This document shows positions 59,856-64,000 of a stretch of 64,000 nucleotides of DNA, one piece after another. The notes under the pieces are model-generated. The model did not search any database. It saw nothing but the letters and a program-made list of their open reading frames with translations, and was not told the origin of the DNA. Source of the stretch: Psilocybe cubensis (taxonomy: Eukaryota); assembly GCA_017499595.2 (NCBI GenBank), contig CM039001.1, forward strand, positions 3,596,001-3,660,000. Reading direction: 5' to 3'. The position numbers and the translations under genes are program-made. Each line of letters begins with the position of its first letter. Position 1 is the stretch's first letter.

Positions 59856-61282
59856 CTACAGGCGTATAGGACGCGAGCGTGTCCCCCTAGATCTATATAT
59901 CAGTGTCTCCAGTTCGAAGTCCATGTCTTCTTCAGAACCATAAGTTTGGCGGTACTCGGCTTCTTGTACGTCGTCATCCTCCTTCTCTCCCTCCTCCTCA
60001 TCATTTTTACGCTTTCTCTTTCTTCTCGAATTTGGGTCGGTAGATGCCACTTTTCGCTTTTTAGTGGCAATATTGGATTTGATAGACCCTTTTTCTCCTT
60101 CTATTGGCTTTTGTGGCCTTTCCTTTGGTGGAGGAGGCACCCAGGTCTGAAATTTCTTGTAGGTCTCGATTTGAAACTTGCTGTCATATCCGACACACTT
60201 CATGGTGTAGACACCCATTTTCTGTGAAGTATACAATATGATTTAAATGAGCCTAAACACCCTCACGGAGACTGTGCAAGGTTTCGCACCTCTTCGCCCT
60301 TGAGATATGCAGCTTGGATCTCCTCAGGTGCGGGCTTTGCCGATTTATTTGCCAGACGGGCGTACGCCCTATCAACTTCAGCTGCAGTAGGTTCACGACC
60401 AAATTCCTTCCTCCACAGAACACGCGCGCAGACGTCAAGTCCCCAAGCATCATTTGCAATATGTTTCGCCTATGTCATACGTACCTGGAGATAGTTACAT
60501 TAGCCTCAGAATTTTAGGCTCCTGATATATAGGATGAACAGACCGCGGCTGATTGGATGGCCCATTCGTCCTTCGTTAACGACTTACACGAACATATTTG
60601 ATATTGGCCCATGTATTGCGATTTGCTGGGGCTGTCGGAAATCTTGGTAAAGACGCGCATGAGCTTAGCCCACTGACCTTTCTTGCTTCCCTGTGGTGGA
60701 TGTGAGTCAAGGTATAAGCCGGGTGCTCCGGGGACCTGAGGTGCTTCTGGCTGGAACAAGGGGCTGAGGTACATGAAGTCGTTTAACCCATGAATCTTCA
60801 GAAACTTTGGGCCAATTCGAGGAAAAATTTGCATTGGACTTCCACCATAGGTCGCGTGAAGGAACGCACGTGGAACTATCAGGTCGATTCGTTCCTTGTC
60901 AAGAGTGATGTTGAACAAATCCAGCCCGATGGGCTTCAAGCGGTCGCGTATAGTACTGAGCAAGAACTCCCGGTTTTTATCTCTCTTGATTTTTATCTGT
61001 AACAAACGATTTCAGGATTCGAATGCGTACTTGAAAATTGGGTAAAAAAACTTACATTTTTCATTTTTTTAAGTTTTTCAAAGTCCTCTTCCATCTCCCT
61101 GACTTCTTCGGGCGGTATTTCGTCGATATGCTCTCTCTTAACGACGTCAGTTGCGTGCTGTTTCGGAGAAAAATGAGTCGCCTATCCACGACGCACGGGT
61201 ATACAAGTCAGAAGCGATGCCAATGTAAATGTATGTACCGGCAGCTTACATCCGAGTCTTTCCTGGTACGTGCTTTGCCCAT
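59856..61282 (-). pseudogene. DUF6697-like gene with premature TAG at 60470-60472
   Basis: VPRAFLHATYGGSPMQIFP, PEAPQVPGAPGL, YMGQYQ, LTKDEW, VRMT*AKHIANDAWG, KMGVYTMKCVGYDSKFQ; basic/acidic C-terminal tail. Family assigned from motif memory only. Confidence 0.65.
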
Positions 61283-61816
61283 TTGAAGTTTCGTTTAGTA
61301 GTCTTGGCAAAAACGAAGGTGGAAAAGGATTCGAGTAAGGCCTTGCACCTTGAGACTAATACTTTGAAGGGTTCGAGGGTTCCTAACCCTGGTTAATATA
61401 TCGGACAGGTGTCCTTGGAATGTGGATGATGGTTATTGGAAGGACGTACGCTTCCCACGGGAACGACTGTCAATCAGACAACAAACAGAAATTGATCATG
61501 TGGGCTCGTGTGGGCTTAGCGCATTTGCTATTTAATACGGGTGATATACAACAAGTACCTGTTTAACGCTTGGGAAAAATAATCAACTCATCAGATAAAT
61601 GACTGAACTCTGTCACCTGTCAAATAATGATAGACGTGCAGGATCTGCGTATAAGTTGATTTAAAGGTGACACGTGGGCGCTTATATTGGCAGTAGGAAG
61701 CACGAGAAATCACAAAACAACCTCTTCTCTCTTACTGAAACCTCGAGTCACACATATACGAATAGAGCTTAAACGAATGTAAGAGTTTACCATAATATTA
61801 TGCTTTATGTATTAGG

Positions 61817-63235
61817 TTACGGATTCACACTTCTTTCACCTACATAAAGAGTCGTGGAAGTATAAAGCGATCCAGTAAGTACAGTCAACTCAAAGTAATC
61901 CGATTCGGCACCCGAAGTCCCTGAATCATCAGAAGTTGACAATTTCCGCATGCGTAGTATCAGTCGGCAAGTCTGGGGACGATGACACGTCGAGGTTAAA
62001 AAGGAAACTAGAGGGAGAATAAAACGATGCCAAAAACTTACAACAATCGATACAACTGCGATGTACCACCTAAACGAAGCAGGGATGGTTCAGCTCATCA
62101 TATCATTTAGTCGAAGAGTAAGCACGTACGACAAAATAGAATCCCCATTCTGCCCATCAAGGTCACGAACAAAAGAGAAAACGGTCAAAGTACCCACTAG
62201 AGCTATAAGAAGAACATGTTGAGTACGCCCATAGGTTCCGAAGACAGAGCTAATACATTACCTAGGACTATGAAAAAGGTCATCACTCCCTGGCTTAGCA
62301 CCATAGATGCTAGAGGTGTATGCGACTTTCCAGATAGATACCGGGTAATCAATCCTATTATAGTTGCAGCGACTGTACTGATCTGTATAAATCCGACGCC
62401 GATTCTGATAGGACGAGAGTCATTAGCCTGTATGCGATGTCGGAATTGCGGGAACGAACACACCCAAAGAGATATATACTAATACGCTCGGCCCTGATGG
62501 ACACACATCCGCGCAGATGAGATACTTTATCGATAAATATGGCGCTTCCCCATACTTCTAGGGTTGCTGAGACGATGAAGAGCAGAGAGAGACACCATTT
62601 TGCTACGGGATGCCGGCCATAGAGTGCATAAACTTAAAAAAAATTAATATTAAGCTTGATTAAAATGTGACGACGCAGTACATTGCCAGAAGAACTCACC
62701 TCTGAGAATAATGACCAGTTCCAAAAGCAACGTTCCAATTTGGGTCCATATTGTTTGGCAGATCAGCTTCATATGGCAAAAGGTCTGCTGCTCCGACTGT
62801 TGATGAAAGTGCAGGGTTATAGAAAGAGCTTGAATCACGCTATATTCATCATGAACAAGCCAGTCAGTTGGCTATAAAGCGGATCGCGAGATGATATTTC
62901 ACTTACATTTGCCCAAGGAGGAGCACATAACGCGAACAACCGTACACCATTTTGACAGTACAGATGTGGCCCCTTTCCGTCAGAATAAAGGAAGAAAGTA
63001 AAGATAAGAGCGAGATTAATTAAAAGGTGCATACCTCCAAAGATATTCGACCTCATCAGTAAAGCAGATCATTGCCTCCCAGAGCTGAGCAGCCAGCGCT
63101 GCAGCTATGATAAATTTGTAAATCAGTGCCCACAATGATGAAAACCCGTCAGAACGCACCTGACACGACGTTAAGCGCCTGAAACTTTGCCGCTGTCACT
63201 TCATCATACGGAGTAGATATCTGATATCCCCCCAT
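61817..63235 (-). CDS. DUF6533-type membrane protein, copy D (more divergent)
   Basis: AALAAQLWEAMICFTDEVEYLW, LELVIILRVYALY, MVLSQGVMTFFIVL, TCRLILRMRKL; same exon layout as the other copies. Confidence 0.78.
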
Positions 63236-64000
63236 CGACGACTGCCACGACAGCACACACAGTCTAGTAGTAGTACCGTTTGACCAGTAGATTCTGAGAT
63301 TTGCTGGCTTGAGGTATTTAAATTCAGTAACTCGGTTCGGCAGGGAAGTTTGTCATCATTCCCGCTGTCAATAATTAGGGGTAGTAAGGCTTCAAAGCTA
63401 TGAATAGGTGAAAAAAAATCCTGCGGTCTATCCGTTGTTGTGGATTGTCGCACAGGTGTGGGACGGTTAGTGGGGTCGGCGACTCGGCCCGCCGCTTGTT
63501 GGGATGAAACGGAGTTTAACTTTAAGATAGGGGCTATGAAGCGCGTCGGATATATACCATTCCTCATTTATGAGGGTGGGACTCCTGCAAGATTTTTAAA
63601 ACATGGTTGGCAAAAAGGAGGTCTAATTCCTTAAAAACAGTAAGATAACAGAAAGAAAAGCATCGAATGATGAGTAAACACTGGGATTGCATTGTGTAAT
63701 GTTGCTCGGCTGACTCCGGTTAGATTTAAAAATTTTAGCCTCCGACTAGCTTGCCAAGACACCTTGAAACTGAACGAAATGGAAAGAATTTCGAAGCTCC
63801 ATCTTGCACTTTCAAGTTTGCGTAAAATAAACCAGGTTCGATGCTGATGTGACTTTATGCACGATCTGCGCGAACCATCACCGTTTGAATCAGGTCTTAT
63901 ATTCATGTTATTTGCAATTTATGTCAACCTTGTGTAAGCCAGTTGTAGTAATTCGGGATAACATCGAGGATGATACGGTGATAATTTCGTAAATGTCCTG

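Noticed and set aside
61367-61395. Telomere-like AGGGTT/TAACCCT words
   Set aside because: Isolated hexamers, not an array.

Overview
Intron-rich fungal DNA; the short GT-AG introns and gene families point to an agaricomycete basidiomycete. (1) 1-~13.3 kb is a compact block of TE-type genes that looks like the internal part of a large cargo-carrying DNA transposon. It holds an Spt5-like NGN/KOW gene, a perfect 195-bp palindrome, a JmjC-dioxygenase-like gene with one premature stop, a small beta-rich ORF, a C2H2-Plavaka transposase, tandem captured cyclin copies and a small helical ORF. Its ends were not found. (2) ~13.7-44.3 kb holds DUF6533 membrane-protein genes. A two-gene block is duplicated in inverted orientation around a central block of host genes (mitochondrial malate dehydrogenase, a PTH11/rhodopsin-domain protein, two alpha/beta hydrolases). 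One copy has a young, CpG-rich, self-priming Ty3/Gypsy element in an intron. (3) 44.6-57.8 kb holds a CACTG-terminated MITE and a full-length Tad-like LINE with two nonsense mutations. Nested in the LINE is an intact 6.4-kb chromovirus in which I found no CpG dinucleotide. (4) 58-63.3 kb holds a low-complexity orphan paralog, a DUF6697-like pseudogene and a sixth DUF6533 gene. All calls come from reading the sequence and recognising motifs; no database searches were run, and exon boundaries are manual predictions.
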